Of a DNA stretch of 32,000 nucleotides, positions 7,760-15,687 are shown piece after piece. Location: assembly GCF_900289195.1 (NCBI RefSeq), contig NZ_OMOH01000004.1:30001-62000 (forward strand), read 5' to 3'. Position numbers and translations under genes: made by a program. This DNA comes from Propionibacterium ruminifibrarum. Its GTDB lineage: Bacteria; Actinomycetota; Actinomycetes; Propionibacteriales; Propionibacteriaceae. Positions within the stretch are counted from its first letter, which is position 1. Each line of letters starts with the position of its first letter. The notes beneath the pieces are model-generated. The model ran no database searches. It was not told the origin of the DNA and saw only the letters and a program-made list of their open reading frames with translations.

Positions 7760-7818
7760 GTTCGCGTCCGGACGCTTGTACCCCAAGCACCTGGAAACCC
7801 CATGGTCAGGGAGTCCCC

Positions 7819-8778
7819 ATGCCTGCCAAGAGAGATCAGCAGTTGCTCATCGACGCCGCGCGGCTGTACTACGTCGACGGTCTCGACCAGGGGCAGGTCG
7901 GGGCACGCCTCGGGCTGTCCCGCTCCAGCGTGTCGCGGATCCTGCACGAGGCGCGGTCCAGTGGGCTGGTGCAGATCCGTGTCGTCGGTGACGACCGGAC
8001 CGTGCGCAACGGCGACCTCGAACGACGACTGGTCAAGGCCTTCGGGCTGCGCGAGGCCCTCGTGGCGGACACCTCGACCAGCACCGACCGACTCAGCTCG
8101 GTGGCCCGGCTGGCCGGCGAGTCCTTCGCCCGGCTCGCCTCGGGCTCCTCGCGGATCGGTTTCGGCTGGGGACTCACCATCGCCCGGTTCATCGACCTGC
8201 TCCCCGAGACCTCGCTGCGCCCCGACACCCGCATCGTCCCGCTCGTGGGCGGCATGCCCACCCTCGACAGCGCCCCATCGGGCAACACGCACCTGCAGAT
8301 CCTGGCCGACAAGTGCGGCGCGGTAGCCGGGCGGTTCGACGCTCCGGCCATCGTGGAGTCGGCACTCACCCAGCAGGCCATGATGAACGAGTCCTCCGTG
8401 CAGGCCTCGCTCGCGGAGGCCCGCTCCTGCGACCTGGGGTTCGTCGGGATCGGCAACTACGAGGTGCAGACATCCCGCGCCGTCATGAACGCCATGCGAC
8501 TCAGCGCCACCGAGAAGTCGGCCGTCGAGGCGGCCCGCCCGGTCGGTGACATGCTGGGCCGCTACTACACGATCGAGGGCGTCCCGCTGGGACCGCCCAC
8601 CTCGGAGCGCGTCATCGGCATCGACCTGGACGACCTGCGCCGCATCAACACGGTCGTCGGGCTCGCCACCGGGAGGGCGAAGGCGCCGGGAACGTTCGGC
8701 GCATTGGGCACCGGGGCCCTCGACATCCTCGCCGTGGACGACGTGCTGGCCGAGGCGCTGCTGGCGATGAAGAACTGA
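7819..8778 (+). CDS. SorC-family sugar-binding transcriptional regulator
   Basis: N-terminal HTH LLIDAARLYYVDGLDQGQVGARLGLSRSSVSRILHEARSSGLVQI, followed by a roughly 250-aa sugar-phosphate-binding-like domain. GGGAG lies upstream of the ATG. Confidence 0.82.
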   Translation: MPAKRDQQLLIDAARLYYVDGLDQGQVGARLGLSRSSVSRILHEARSSGLVQIRVVGDDRTVRNGDLERRLVKAFGLREALVADTSTSTDRLSSVARLAGESFARLASGSSRIGFGWGLTIARFIDLLPETSLRPDTRIVPLVGGMPTLDSAPSGNTHLQILADKCGAVAGRFDAPAIVESALTQQAMMNESSVQASLAEARSCDLGFVGIGNYEVQTSRAVMNAMRLSATEKSAVEAARPVGDMLGRYYTIEGVPLGPPTSERVIGIDLDDLRRINTVVGLATGRAKAPGTFGALGTGALDILAVDDVLAEALLAMKN

Positions 8779-8804
8779 GGGGCCCGGCCACACGGCCGGG
8801 CCCC
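8779..8804. terminator. Hairpin between convergent sorC-family gene and gpmA
   Basis: GGGGCCCGGCC-ACAC-GGCCGGGCCCC forms an 11-bp perfect stem with a 4-nt loop. It fills most of the 39-nt convergent gap. Confidence 0.5.
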
Positions 8805-8817
8805 TCCAGCCCCGAAC

Positions 8818-9567
8818 TTACTTCTTGCCCTGCGCGGCGACGGCCTTCTGACCGGCCTCGGCCGCCTCCGGGTCGAGGTACCGGCCGCCCTTGACGACGG
8901 GCTTGAAGTCGTCGTCGAGCTCGTAGAAGAGCGGGATGCCGGTGGGAATGTTCAGGCCCGAGATGGTCTCGTCGTCGATCCCGTCGAGGTGCTTGACGAG
9001 AGCGCGCAGCGAGTTGCCGTGCGCGGCGACGAGGACGGTCTTGCCGGCCCTGAGATCGGGGATGATGTCGGACTCCCAGTAGGGCAGCATGCGGGCGACG
9101 ACGTCCTTGAGGCACTCGCTGAGCGGGCGCTCGGACTCGGGCACGTCGGCGTAGCGGGGGTCGTTGAACTGGCTCCACTCGCCGTCGGGGTCGATCGGCG
9201 GCGGCGGCACGTCATAGCTGCGCCGCCAGGCCATGAACTGATCCTCGCCGTACTTGTCGCGGATCTCGGTCTTGTTGAGGCCCTGCAGGGCGCCGTAGTG
9301 GCGCTCGTTGAGGCGCCAGCTGCGCTTGACGGGAATCCAGAGGCGGTCGCACGCGTCGAGCGCGAGGTAGGCGGTGTGGATGGCGCGGCGCAGCAGCGAG
9401 GTGTGGACGACATCGGGGAGCAGCCCCTGCTCGGCGAGGAGCTCGCCGCCGTGGGTCGCCTCGCCCACGCCCTTGTCGTTGAGGTCGACGTCAACCCAGC
9501 CGGTGAACAGATTCTTCGAGTTCCATTCGCTCTCGCCGTGGCGGAGCAGGATCAGCTTCGAGGTCAT
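8818..9567 (-). CDS. gpmA: 2,3-bisphosphoglycerate-dependent phosphoglycerate mutase
   Basis: [12 protein letters not shown] (catalytic RHG), [29 protein letters not shown] 9567 gives an N-terminus typical of the family; the in-frame GTG at 9588 is an alternative start. Confidence 0.92.
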   Translation of the reverse strand: MTSKLILLRHGESEWNSKNLFTGWVDVDLNDKGVGEATHGGELLAEQGLLPDVVHTSLLRRAIHTAYLALDACDRLWIPVKRSWRLNERHYGALQGLNKTEIRDKYGEDQFMAWRRSYDVPPPPIDPDGEWSQFNDPRYADVPESERPLSECLKDVVARMLPYWESDIIPDLRAGKTVLVAAHGNSLRALVKHLDGIDDETISGLNIPTGIPLFYELDDDFKPVVKGGRYLDPEAAEAGQKAVAAQGKK

Positions 9568-9709
9568 GACCCGAAGTCTAGCGGTCACGGCCCTTCATGG
9601 ACCCCGAGATCCGGGGCGTCCACGGCACGAGACGCCACGCCCGGCCGTACTACCCTAGAGGCAAGCACGGCACGGTGCCGGGCGCACGAGCTGCACGACG
9701 GGGAGAGCC

Positions 9710-10456
9710 ATGACGCAAGGTGATATGCCGCCCCTGGCGCGCGTCACCACTCATGACGCCCCCGGCCGACCACGCGACCCGCTCGTCGAACCCCGCGCGC
9801 TCACCGCCGCCCTCGAGATCTACGGCCAGCACGGCTGGTCCGGTTTCACGATGGGCCGGGTGACGATGCTCGCCCGGGTTGGCAAGTCATCGATCTACCG
9901 CCGCTGGCCGGACCGCGTCGAGCTGCTGACGGCCGCCTTCGAACGCACCGCCCTGCTCTTCGAACTCGATGACAGCAGGGTCGCCGGGCTGCCCTTCCAG
10001 GAGCAGCTGCTGACGATGGTCCAGCACCGGCTGTACACGTACACGACCCCCACCGGCACCGCGATCATCCGGCTCCAGGTCGAGCATCACTGCGGCCCCG
10101 ACGAGGTCGGCGAGATCTGGGAGGGCACGCTCTCGCGTTTCCGCAGTGGGCTGCGCGTCCTGTTGAGCGATGCCCACATCACGAGCCGGCTGCGCCCCGA
10201 GGCCTCGCCGGAGCTGCTCGCCGAGGCACTCGAGGGCTGCATGATCATGCAGGCCCTGGCGGCGCCCTTCCCGTCGGTGAGCACGGCCAACGTCAGTGAG
10301 CAGTCCTTCGCGCTCGTCAAGCAGGTCGTCGCCCCGTGGCTGACCGACCCGATGACGATCCAGGCCGCCGCACGCCCGCTCCCCCCGATCATCGGCGAGA
10401 GCACCCGCACCATGGCGGCCCCGGCCGGTGAGGATTCGGAGGCCATGCCACGATAA
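9710..10456 (+). CDS. TetR/AcrR-family transcriptional regulator
   Basis: N-terminal HTH region LTAALEIYGQHGWSGFTMGRVTMLARVGKSSIYRRWPDR. GGGAGAG lies upstream of the ATG. The gene is divergent from gpmA and ends 4 nt before the SDR gene. Confidence 0.8.
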   Translation: MTQGDMPPLARVTTHDAPGRPRDPLVEPRALTAALEIYGQHGWSGFTMGRVTMLARVGKSSIYRRWPDRVELLTAAFERTALLFELDDSRVAGLPFQEQLLTMVQHRLYTYTTPTGTAIIRLQVEHHCGPDEVGEIWEGTLSRFRSGLRVLLSDAHITSRLRPEASPELLAEALEGCMIMQALAAPFPSVSTANVSEQSFALVKQVVAPWLTDPMTIQAAARPLPPIIGESTRTMAAPAGEDSEAMPR

Positions 10457-10460
10457 GGGC

Positions 10461-11204
10461 ATGAGTTCAACGAAGACAGCAGTCGTCACCGGGGCGTCCA
10501 GCGGTATCGGCGCCGCAACGGCCCGTGCCCTGGCGGCAGAGGGTTTCCACGTGATCTGCGCGGCACGCCGCCTCGATCGGCTCACCGCCCTGGCGCAGGA
10601 GATCGGCGGCACCGCCGTCGCGTGCGACGTCACGTCCCAGGAGTCCGTCGATGCCCTCGCCGAGGCCGTTGGTGACGATCTCGACGTGCTGGTCAACAAT
10701 GCCGGCGGTGCCTTCGGCGTCGACCACGTCGAGGACGCCGACATGGCCGACTGGGAGCGCATGTACGCCATCAACGTGACCGGTTCGGCGCGCGTCATCC
10801 AGAAACTCCTGCCCGCGCTGGAGAACGGCGGGGGCGGCACGATCATGATCGTCACCTCGACGGCCGCCGAGTACCCCTACATCGGCGGGGCCGGCTACTG
10901 CGGCGCCAAGGCCGCCGAACGCAACATCGCCGGGGCGCTGCGTCTGGAGCTGGGCGGCCGCCCGATCCGCGTGCTCGAGATCTGCCCGGGCATGGTCCGC
11001 ACCGAGGAGTTCTCGCTGGTGCGTCTGGGCGGCGACCAGTCGGCGGCCGACGACGTCTACGCCGGCGTCGCCGAGCCCCTGGTGGCCGAGGACATCGCCG
11101 ATGCGATCGCCTGGGCCGTCACCCGCCCCCCGCACGTGAACATCGACCGCATGATCATCCGCCCCCGTGCCCAGGTGAGCAACGACAAGGTCTACCGGGA
11201 CTGA
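10461..11204 (+). CDS. Short-chain dehydrogenase/reductase (classical SDR)
   Basis: TGASSGIGAA cofactor motif, NNAG, and catalytic Y-x3-K in GYCGAKAA. The ATG at 10461 is internal to ORF 10428..11204 and immediately follows the TetR stop. Confidence 0.85.
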   Translation: MSSTKTAVVTGASSGIGAATARALAAEGFHVICAARRLDRLTALAQEIGGTAVACDVTSQESVDALAEAVGDDLDVLVNNAGGAFGVDHVEDADMADWERMYAINVTGSARVIQKLLPALENGGGGTIMIVTSTAAEYPYIGGAGYCGAKAAERNIAGALRLELGGRPIRVLEICPGMVRTEEFSLVRLGGDQSAADDVYAGVAEPLVAEDIADAIAWAVTRPPHVNIDRMIIRPRAQVSNDKVYRD

Positions 11205-11222
11205 CCCCTCATCCCCTCCCAC

Positions 11223-11251
11223 ACGGTGCCCCGCCGCGCGCGGGGCACCGT
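11223..11251 (+). terminator. Intrinsic terminator after the SDR gene
   Basis: ACGGTGCCCCGC-cgcgc-GCGGGGCACCGT forms a 12-bp perfect stem followed by TCTTCTC. It lies 19 nt after the stop. Confidence 0.6.
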
Positions 11252-11386
11252 TCTTCTCATCGCCGCAGCCCGCGCCGACGCCCGGAGTGCCGCTGCCGCG
11301 CCCAGCCGCCCGCGTGCCCCTGGGAGGCGAGGGCAGTGTCCGCACCCCGGTCACGATGCGGACGGGCCGGGCGCGGACGGGCGCTC

Positions 11387-11998
11387 TCATGCGTCCCAGT
11401 CGCCGAGCGCACCCTCAAGCGCCCCGAGTGCGGCGTCCACGAGCTGGTGCCTGTCATCGGCCGGGCAGCCCTTCTCGACCCACCGCAGGCAGGCCTGGTC
11501 GAGGAACCCGAAGTAGCCCCACAGCGCATAGTCGTGCCGGGCCGAGACGGACGGGCCGAGTATCTGGTCCAGCGCCTCCACATAGCCGGCCCTGACGCTG
11601 CGGCGCATGCTGACGACCTCGGCGGGTTCCTCCCCGCCCGTCAGGGGAGTCGCCCAGGTGTGCGGGTGGCCGGCGATGTGGTCGAGGTAGACCAGCAGGC
11701 TGGTGCGCACCCGGTCGCGGGCCGGCACCCCGTCGGGGAGCATCGCGTCGGCCGCCCGCTGGTCCTCCTCGAGCCTTCGCACGGTGTCGGCGACGACGGC
11801 CTCGTAGAGCCCGGCCTTCGACCCGAAGTAGTGGAAGACGAGCGCCGCCGAGGCGTCCGCGACCTCGGCCACCCGGCTCACCGGAACCTGCGCGTAGGGC
11901 GTCGTCGCATACAGCCGTGCGGCCGCATCGAGGATCTGGCCCCTGCGCTCTGCCACGCTCAATCGCCGGCGCGGTGCGCGCTCGTCGGATGGACCCAT
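11387..11998 (-). CDS. TetR/AcrR-family transcriptional regulator
   Basis: HTH region ILDAAARLYATTPYAQVPVSRVAEVADASAALVFHYFGSKAGLY. The gene is divergent from the GH13 gene across a 69-bp spacer. Confidence 0.8.
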   Translation of the reverse strand: MGPSDERAPRRRLSVAERRGQILDAAARLYATTPYAQVPVSRVAEVADASAALVFHYFGSKAGLYEAVVADTVRRLEEDQRAADAMLPDGVPARDRVRTSLLVYLDHIAGHPHTWATPLTGGEEPAEVVSMRRSVRAGYVEALDQILGPSVSARHDYALWGYFGFLDQACLRWVEKGCPADDRHQLVDAALGALEGALGDWDA

Positions 11999-12026
11999 GT
12001 GGCGATCCTAGCCCTGTTGAGCTACA

Positions 12027-12045
12027 GTCAACAATCGTTATTGAC
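12027..12045. promoter_or_regulatory. Candidate TetR operator (imperfect dyad) in the TetR/GH13 divergent spacer
   Basis: GTCAAcAAtcgTTaTTGAC sits within a larger imperfect palindrome, TTGAG...CTCAA (12017-12055), in which 13 of 19 arm positions pair by my count. The spacer is AT-richer than its surroundings. Confidence 0.35.
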
Positions 12046-12067
12046 GATGACTCAATAGGAGGTCGAG

Positions 12068-13294
12068 ATGTCTCTTCCCGCCGATACCGCGACCTGGTGG
12101 CACGTCTACCCGCTGGGCGCCCTCGGGGCGCCCATCCACGACCGCCCGACCGACGGCGATCACGCCCACCGTCTTCGCCGGCTCGACCCCTGGCTCGACT
12201 ACGTGGCCGAGCTCGGCTGCACCGGGCTGCTGCTGGGTCCGATCTTCGCGTCGACCAGCCACGGCTACGACACGGTGGACCACCACCGGATCGACCCGCG
12301 GCTGGGTGACGACGCCGACTTCGACCGTCTGGTGGCCCGGGCCCGCGAGCGCGGCCTGTCCGTGCTCCTCGACGGCGTGTTCAACCATGTCGGCCGCCGG
12401 CACGGTCTCGTCGACAAGACGCTTGAGGCCGGCGCGGGACCGGTGCGCCTGGACGAGACGGGCCACGGCCCCGCTCCCCACCCGTGGGAGGGCCACGACG
12501 ACCTGGCCGAACTCGACCACGACGATCCCGCCGTCGGCGAACTCGTGGAGTCGGTCATGCTGCACTGGCTGCGGCGCGGCATCGCCGGTTGGCGACTCGA
12601 CGCGGCCTACTGCGTGCCGCCCCGGTTCTGGCGGGAGGTGATCGGCAGGACGCGCACCGAGTTCCCGGAGGCCCTCTTCGTCGCCGAGATGATTCACGGC
12701 GACTACGCGGATTTCGCGCAGGCCTCCGGCATCGACGCGGTCACCCAGTACGAGCTGTGGAAGGCGATCTGGAGTTCGGTGCTCGACACGAACCTCTGGG
12801 AGCTGGCCTGGGCCCTGGAGCGGCATGAGCGGTTCAATGCCCGGGCCCTCACCCAGACCTTCGTCGGGAACCACGACGTCACGCGCATCGCAAGCCGGGT
12901 CGGGGACGCCGGCGCGGTGCTGGCACTCGTCGTGCTCATGAGCGTGCCGGGGATGCCGAGCATCTACTACGGCGATGAACAGGCATTCCGCGGCGTGAAG
13001 GGATCGGGCCCGCGCGGCGACGACCCGCTCCGCCCGGAACTGCCCGACTCCCCCGCGCAGCTGGCGCCCCACGGGTGGTGGCTCCACGACCTGCACCGGG
13101 AACTCATCGGCCTGCGCCACCGCAACCCGTGGCTGACCGGAGGGCATGTCGCCGTGGTTGCCAAGGACTGCACCTGGATCGACTACGAGACGACAGCGCC
13201 CGGCCACCGTCTCCAGGTGCACATCGAGCTCGAACCGGGCCCGGCCGCCCGGATCGTCATCGACGGGGCGCCCGCGTTCGACTGGCACGGCTGA
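12068..13294 (+). CDS. GH13 alpha-amylase-family glycoside hydrolase (cytoplasmic, short form)
   Basis: The four GH13 conserved regions are present: DGVFNHVG, GWRLDAAYC, FVAEMIHG, FVGNHDVTR. AGGAGG lies 6 nt before the ATG, and no signal peptide is visible. Confidence 0.82.
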   Translation: MSLPADTATWWHVYPLGALGAPIHDRPTDGDHAHRLRRLDPWLDYVAELGCTGLLLGPIFASTSHGYDTVDHHRIDPRLGDDADFDRLVARARERGLSVLLDGVFNHVGRRHGLVDKTLEAGAGPVRLDETGHGPAPHPWEGHDDLAELDHDDPAVGELVESVMLHWLRRGIAGWRLDAAYCVPPRFWREVIGRTRTEFPEALFVAEMIHGDYADFAQASGIDAVTQYELWKAIWSSVLDTNLWELAWALERHERFNARALTQTFVGNHDVTRIASRVGDAGAVLALVVLMSVPGMPSIYYGDEQAFRGVKGSGPRGDDPLRPELPDSPAQLAPHGWWLHDLHRELIGLRHRNPWLTGGHVAVVAKDCTWIDYETTAPGHRLQVHIELEPGPAARIVIDGAPAFDWHG

Positions 13295-13393
13295 GAACCG
13301 CCCGGTTGCTCGACAGGACTGCCCGCCACAGCACCTGGGGCGCCACGAGGCACGGTGTTGCGTGAAGAGCCGGGGCGTGCGCTGGGAAAACGC

Positions 13394-13429
13394 GAGGGTC
13401 CCGCACCACCGGCGTGGTGCGGGACCCTC
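13394..13429 (-). terminator. Intrinsic terminator of the transcarboxylase operon (also closes the convergent GH13 gene)
   Basis: GAGGGTCCCGCACCAC-CGGC-GTGGTGCGGGACCCTC forms a 16-bp perfect stem. On the minus strand it is followed by GCGTTTTCCC, and it lies 17 nt after the 1.3S stop. Confidence 0.72.
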
Positions 13430-13446
13430 TGCGGTCTTGGGTCGAC

Positions 13447-13821
13447 TCAGGCGATCTTGATGAGGCCCTGGCCGCCCTGGACGGCCTCGCGTTCCTCGAC
13501 GAGGATCTTCTCGACGGTGCCGTCGGCGGGGGCCTGGATCTCGGTCTCCATCTTCATGGCCTCGAGAACCAGGACGACCTGCCCGGCCTTCACCGCATCG
13601 CCCTCGGCGACGAGGATCTTGAAGACGGTGCCGGCCAGCGGCGCAGGGATCTCGCCCTCACCGGCCGTGGCCCCGCCGCCACCGCCCGTGGCGACCGGCG
13701 CGACGGCGGCGCCGCCGGCGCCACCGCCGAACAGGATCGTGCCCATCGGATTGTTCTGGGTCTTGTCGACATCGACATCGACATCGTAGGCGACGCCGTT
13801 GACGGTTACTTTCAGCTTCAT
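13447..13821 (-). CDS. Transcarboxylase 1.3S biotin carboxyl carrier subunit
   Basis: MKLKVTVNG..YDVDVDVD...NPMGTILFGGG...GEGEIPAPLAGTV.KILV..GD.VKAGQ.VLVLEAMKMETEI.AP.DG.VEK.LV.ER.AVQGGQGLIKI matches the classical P. freudenreichii 1.3S subunit almost residue for residue, from memory. The biotinyl-Lys motif AMKM is present. Confidence 0.95.
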   Translation of the reverse strand: MKLKVTVNGVAYDVDVDVDKTQNNPMGTILFGGGAGGAAVAPVATGGGGGATAGEGEIPAPLAGTVFKILVAEGDAVKAGQVVLVLEAMKMETEIQAPADGTVEKILVEEREAVQGGQGLIKIA

Positions 13822-13837
13822 GTCAGTCTCTTCCGGG

Positions 13838-14083
13838 TCAACGAATGGAATGGTTCTGGAGAGCCTTGCGACCCTGGCTGTTCCAGGTCGGGCTCGGGGC
13901 GAAACGAACGGCCTGGACCGATCCGTCGTTGCCGAGATAGGCGGACACGGCAGCGGAAATGGCCACCAGGACGTCCTCCGGGATGCCCGGGCTGGCCGCC
14001 TTCAATGCACTCACCTCGGCCTCAAGAGCGGACAGACGCTTGTTGAGCGTCGCGATCATGAGGTCCTTCTCACTGTCAGACAT
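13838..14083 (-). CDS. Small OadG-like protein (soluble; coiled-coil N-terminus, OadG-type C-terminal motif)
   Basis: 81-codon ORF with a strong GGGAGGAG RBS, lying 17 nt after the 12S stop and 16 nt before the 1.3S start. The motif PEDVLVAISAAVSAYLG...SPTWNSQGRK resembles the C-terminal signature of OadG/MmdD-type subunits. No hydrophobic helix is present. Confidence 0.6.
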   Translation of the reverse strand: MSDSEKDLMIATLNKRLSALEAEVSALKAASPGIPEDVLVAISAAVSAYLGNDGSVQAVRFAPSPTWNSQGRKALQNHSIR

Positions 14084-14100
14084 GTTCGAGCTCCTCCCGA

Positions 14101-15672
14101 TCAGCAGGGCATGTTGCCGTGCTTCTTGGCCGGACGGGTCTGACGCTTGGTGGCGTACATCTCCAGTGCGGCGGTGATCTTGCGACGGGTGTCGGCCGGG
14201 TCGATCACGTCGTCGACCTGGCCGCGGGCGGCGGCCACGTACGGCGTGTTGAACGCGTTGCGGTACTCCTCGATCTTCTCGGCGCGAGTGGCCGCCGGGT
14301 CCTCGGCGGCGTCGATCTCGCGGCGGAAGATCACGTTGGCGGCACCGTCGGCGCCCATGACGGCGATCTCCGCGGTGGGCCAGGCGTAGACGGCGTCGGC
14401 ACCCAGGTCACGGTTGCACATGGCCAGGTAGGAGCCGCCGTACGCCTTGCGGAGCACCACGGTGACCTTCGGCACGGTGGCCTCGGAGTACGCGTACAGC
14501 ATCTTCGCGCCGTGGCGGATGATGCCGCCGTACTCCTGCTGGACGCCGGGCAGGAAGCCGGGGACGTCCACCAGCTGCACCAGCGGGATGTTGAACGAGT
14601 CGCAGAAGTTGATGAACTCGGTGGCCTTGTCGGAGGCGTCGATGTCGAGGCAGCCCGACATCACCTTCGGCTGGTTGGCCACGACACCGACCGTGCGACC
14701 GTTGAAGCGGGCGAAGGCGGTGACGATGTTGGTGGCCCAGCCGGCCTTGACCTCGAGGTAGTCGCCCCAGTCGACGATCCGGGAGATGACGTCGCGGACG
14801 TCGTATCCCTTCGTGCCCTCGACGGGGACGATGTCACGCAGCTCCTCGCACGGGGAGACGTCGTTGTTCGGGTTGACGAACGCCGCCTCCTCGGTGTTGT
14901 TCTGCGGCAGGAAGCTCAGCAGCTTCTTGGCGATGAGCACCGCGGCATCGTCGTCCTCGGCCACGAAGTGGATGTTGCCGCTCGTGGTCATGTGGGCGTC
15001 AGCACCGCCGAGCTGGTCGGCGGTGACGTCCTCGCCGGTGACCGACTTGATGACGGCGGGGCCCGTGATGAACATGTGGGCCTTCTTCGTCATGATGATG
15101 AAGTCGGTCAGGGCCGGCGAGTAGCTGGCGCCACCGGCGCAGGGTCCGGCGATGATGGCGATCTGCGGGACGACGCCGGACAGCTTGACGTTCGCGAAGA
15201 ACATCTTGCCGTAGCCGGACAGCGAGTCGATGCCCTCCTGAATGCGGGCGCCGCCGGAGTCGTAGAAGAACAGGAACGGCGTGCCGGTGAGCAGCGCCTG
15301 CTCCATCGTCTCGACGACCTTGGTCGACTGGGTCTCGCCCGCCGAGCCGCCCATGACGGTGAAGTCCTGGGAGGCGACGTGGACGGGACGCCCGAAGATC
15401 GTGCCGCGGCCGGTGACCACGCCATCGGCGGGGATGACGGCCTTGTCCATGCCGAACAGCGTGGTGCGGTGCTTGCGGAAGGCACCGACCTCGTCGAACG
15501 AGTGGGCGTCGAGCAGATTGTCGATGCGTTCGCGAGCGGTCTGCTTGCCGCGCTCGCGCTGCTTCTGCAGGCGGGACTCGCCACCGCCGAGCTCGATGAT
15601 GTGGCGCTGCTCCGCGAGCTGCTCCACACGCTCGGCCATTGAGTCGGCCAGCTTGATGTTGTTGTTAGCCAT
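14101..15672 (-). CDS. Methylmalonyl-CoA carboxyltransferase 12S subunit
   Basis: 523 aa, collinear with the P. freudenreichii 12S subunit, for example GKQTARERI.NLLD, VMGGSAGETQSTKVVETMEQALLTGTPFLFFYDSGGARIQEG and a C-terminal KRQTRPAKKHGN.PC. AGGTGA RBS upstream. Confidence 0.96.
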   Translation of the reverse strand: MANNNIKLADSMAERVEQLAEQRHIIELGGGESRLQKQRERGKQTARERIDNLLDAHSFDEVGAFRKHRTTLFGMDKAVIPADGVVTGRGTIFGRPVHVASQDFTVMGGSAGETQSTKVVETMEQALLTGTPFLFFYDSGGARIQEGIDSLSGYGKMFFANVKLSGVVPQIAIIAGPCAGGASYSPALTDFIIMTKKAHMFITGPAVIKSVTGEDVTADQLGGADAHMTTSGNIHFVAEDDDAAVLIAKKLLSFLPQNNTEEAAFVNPNNDVSPCEELRDIVPVEGTKGYDVRDVISRIVDWGDYLEVKAGWATNIVTAFARFNGRTVGVVANQPKVMSGCLDIDASDKATEFINFCDSFNIPLVQLVDVPGFLPGVQQEYGGIIRHGAKMLYAYSEATVPKVTVVLRKAYGGSYLAMCNRDLGADAVYAWPTAEIAVMGADGAANVIFRREIDAAEDPAATRAEKIEEYRNAFNTPYVAAARGQVDDVIDPADTRRKITAALEMYATKRQTRPAKKHGNMPC

Positions 15673-15687
15673 GGTTGGCGATCACCT

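Noticed and set aside
13590-13720. GC-rich low-complexity stretch inside the 1.3S gene
   Set aside because: It encodes the known flexible Gly/Ala/Pro linker of the biotin carrier subunit (GGGAGGAAVAPVATGGGGGATAG) and is not an independent repeat element.
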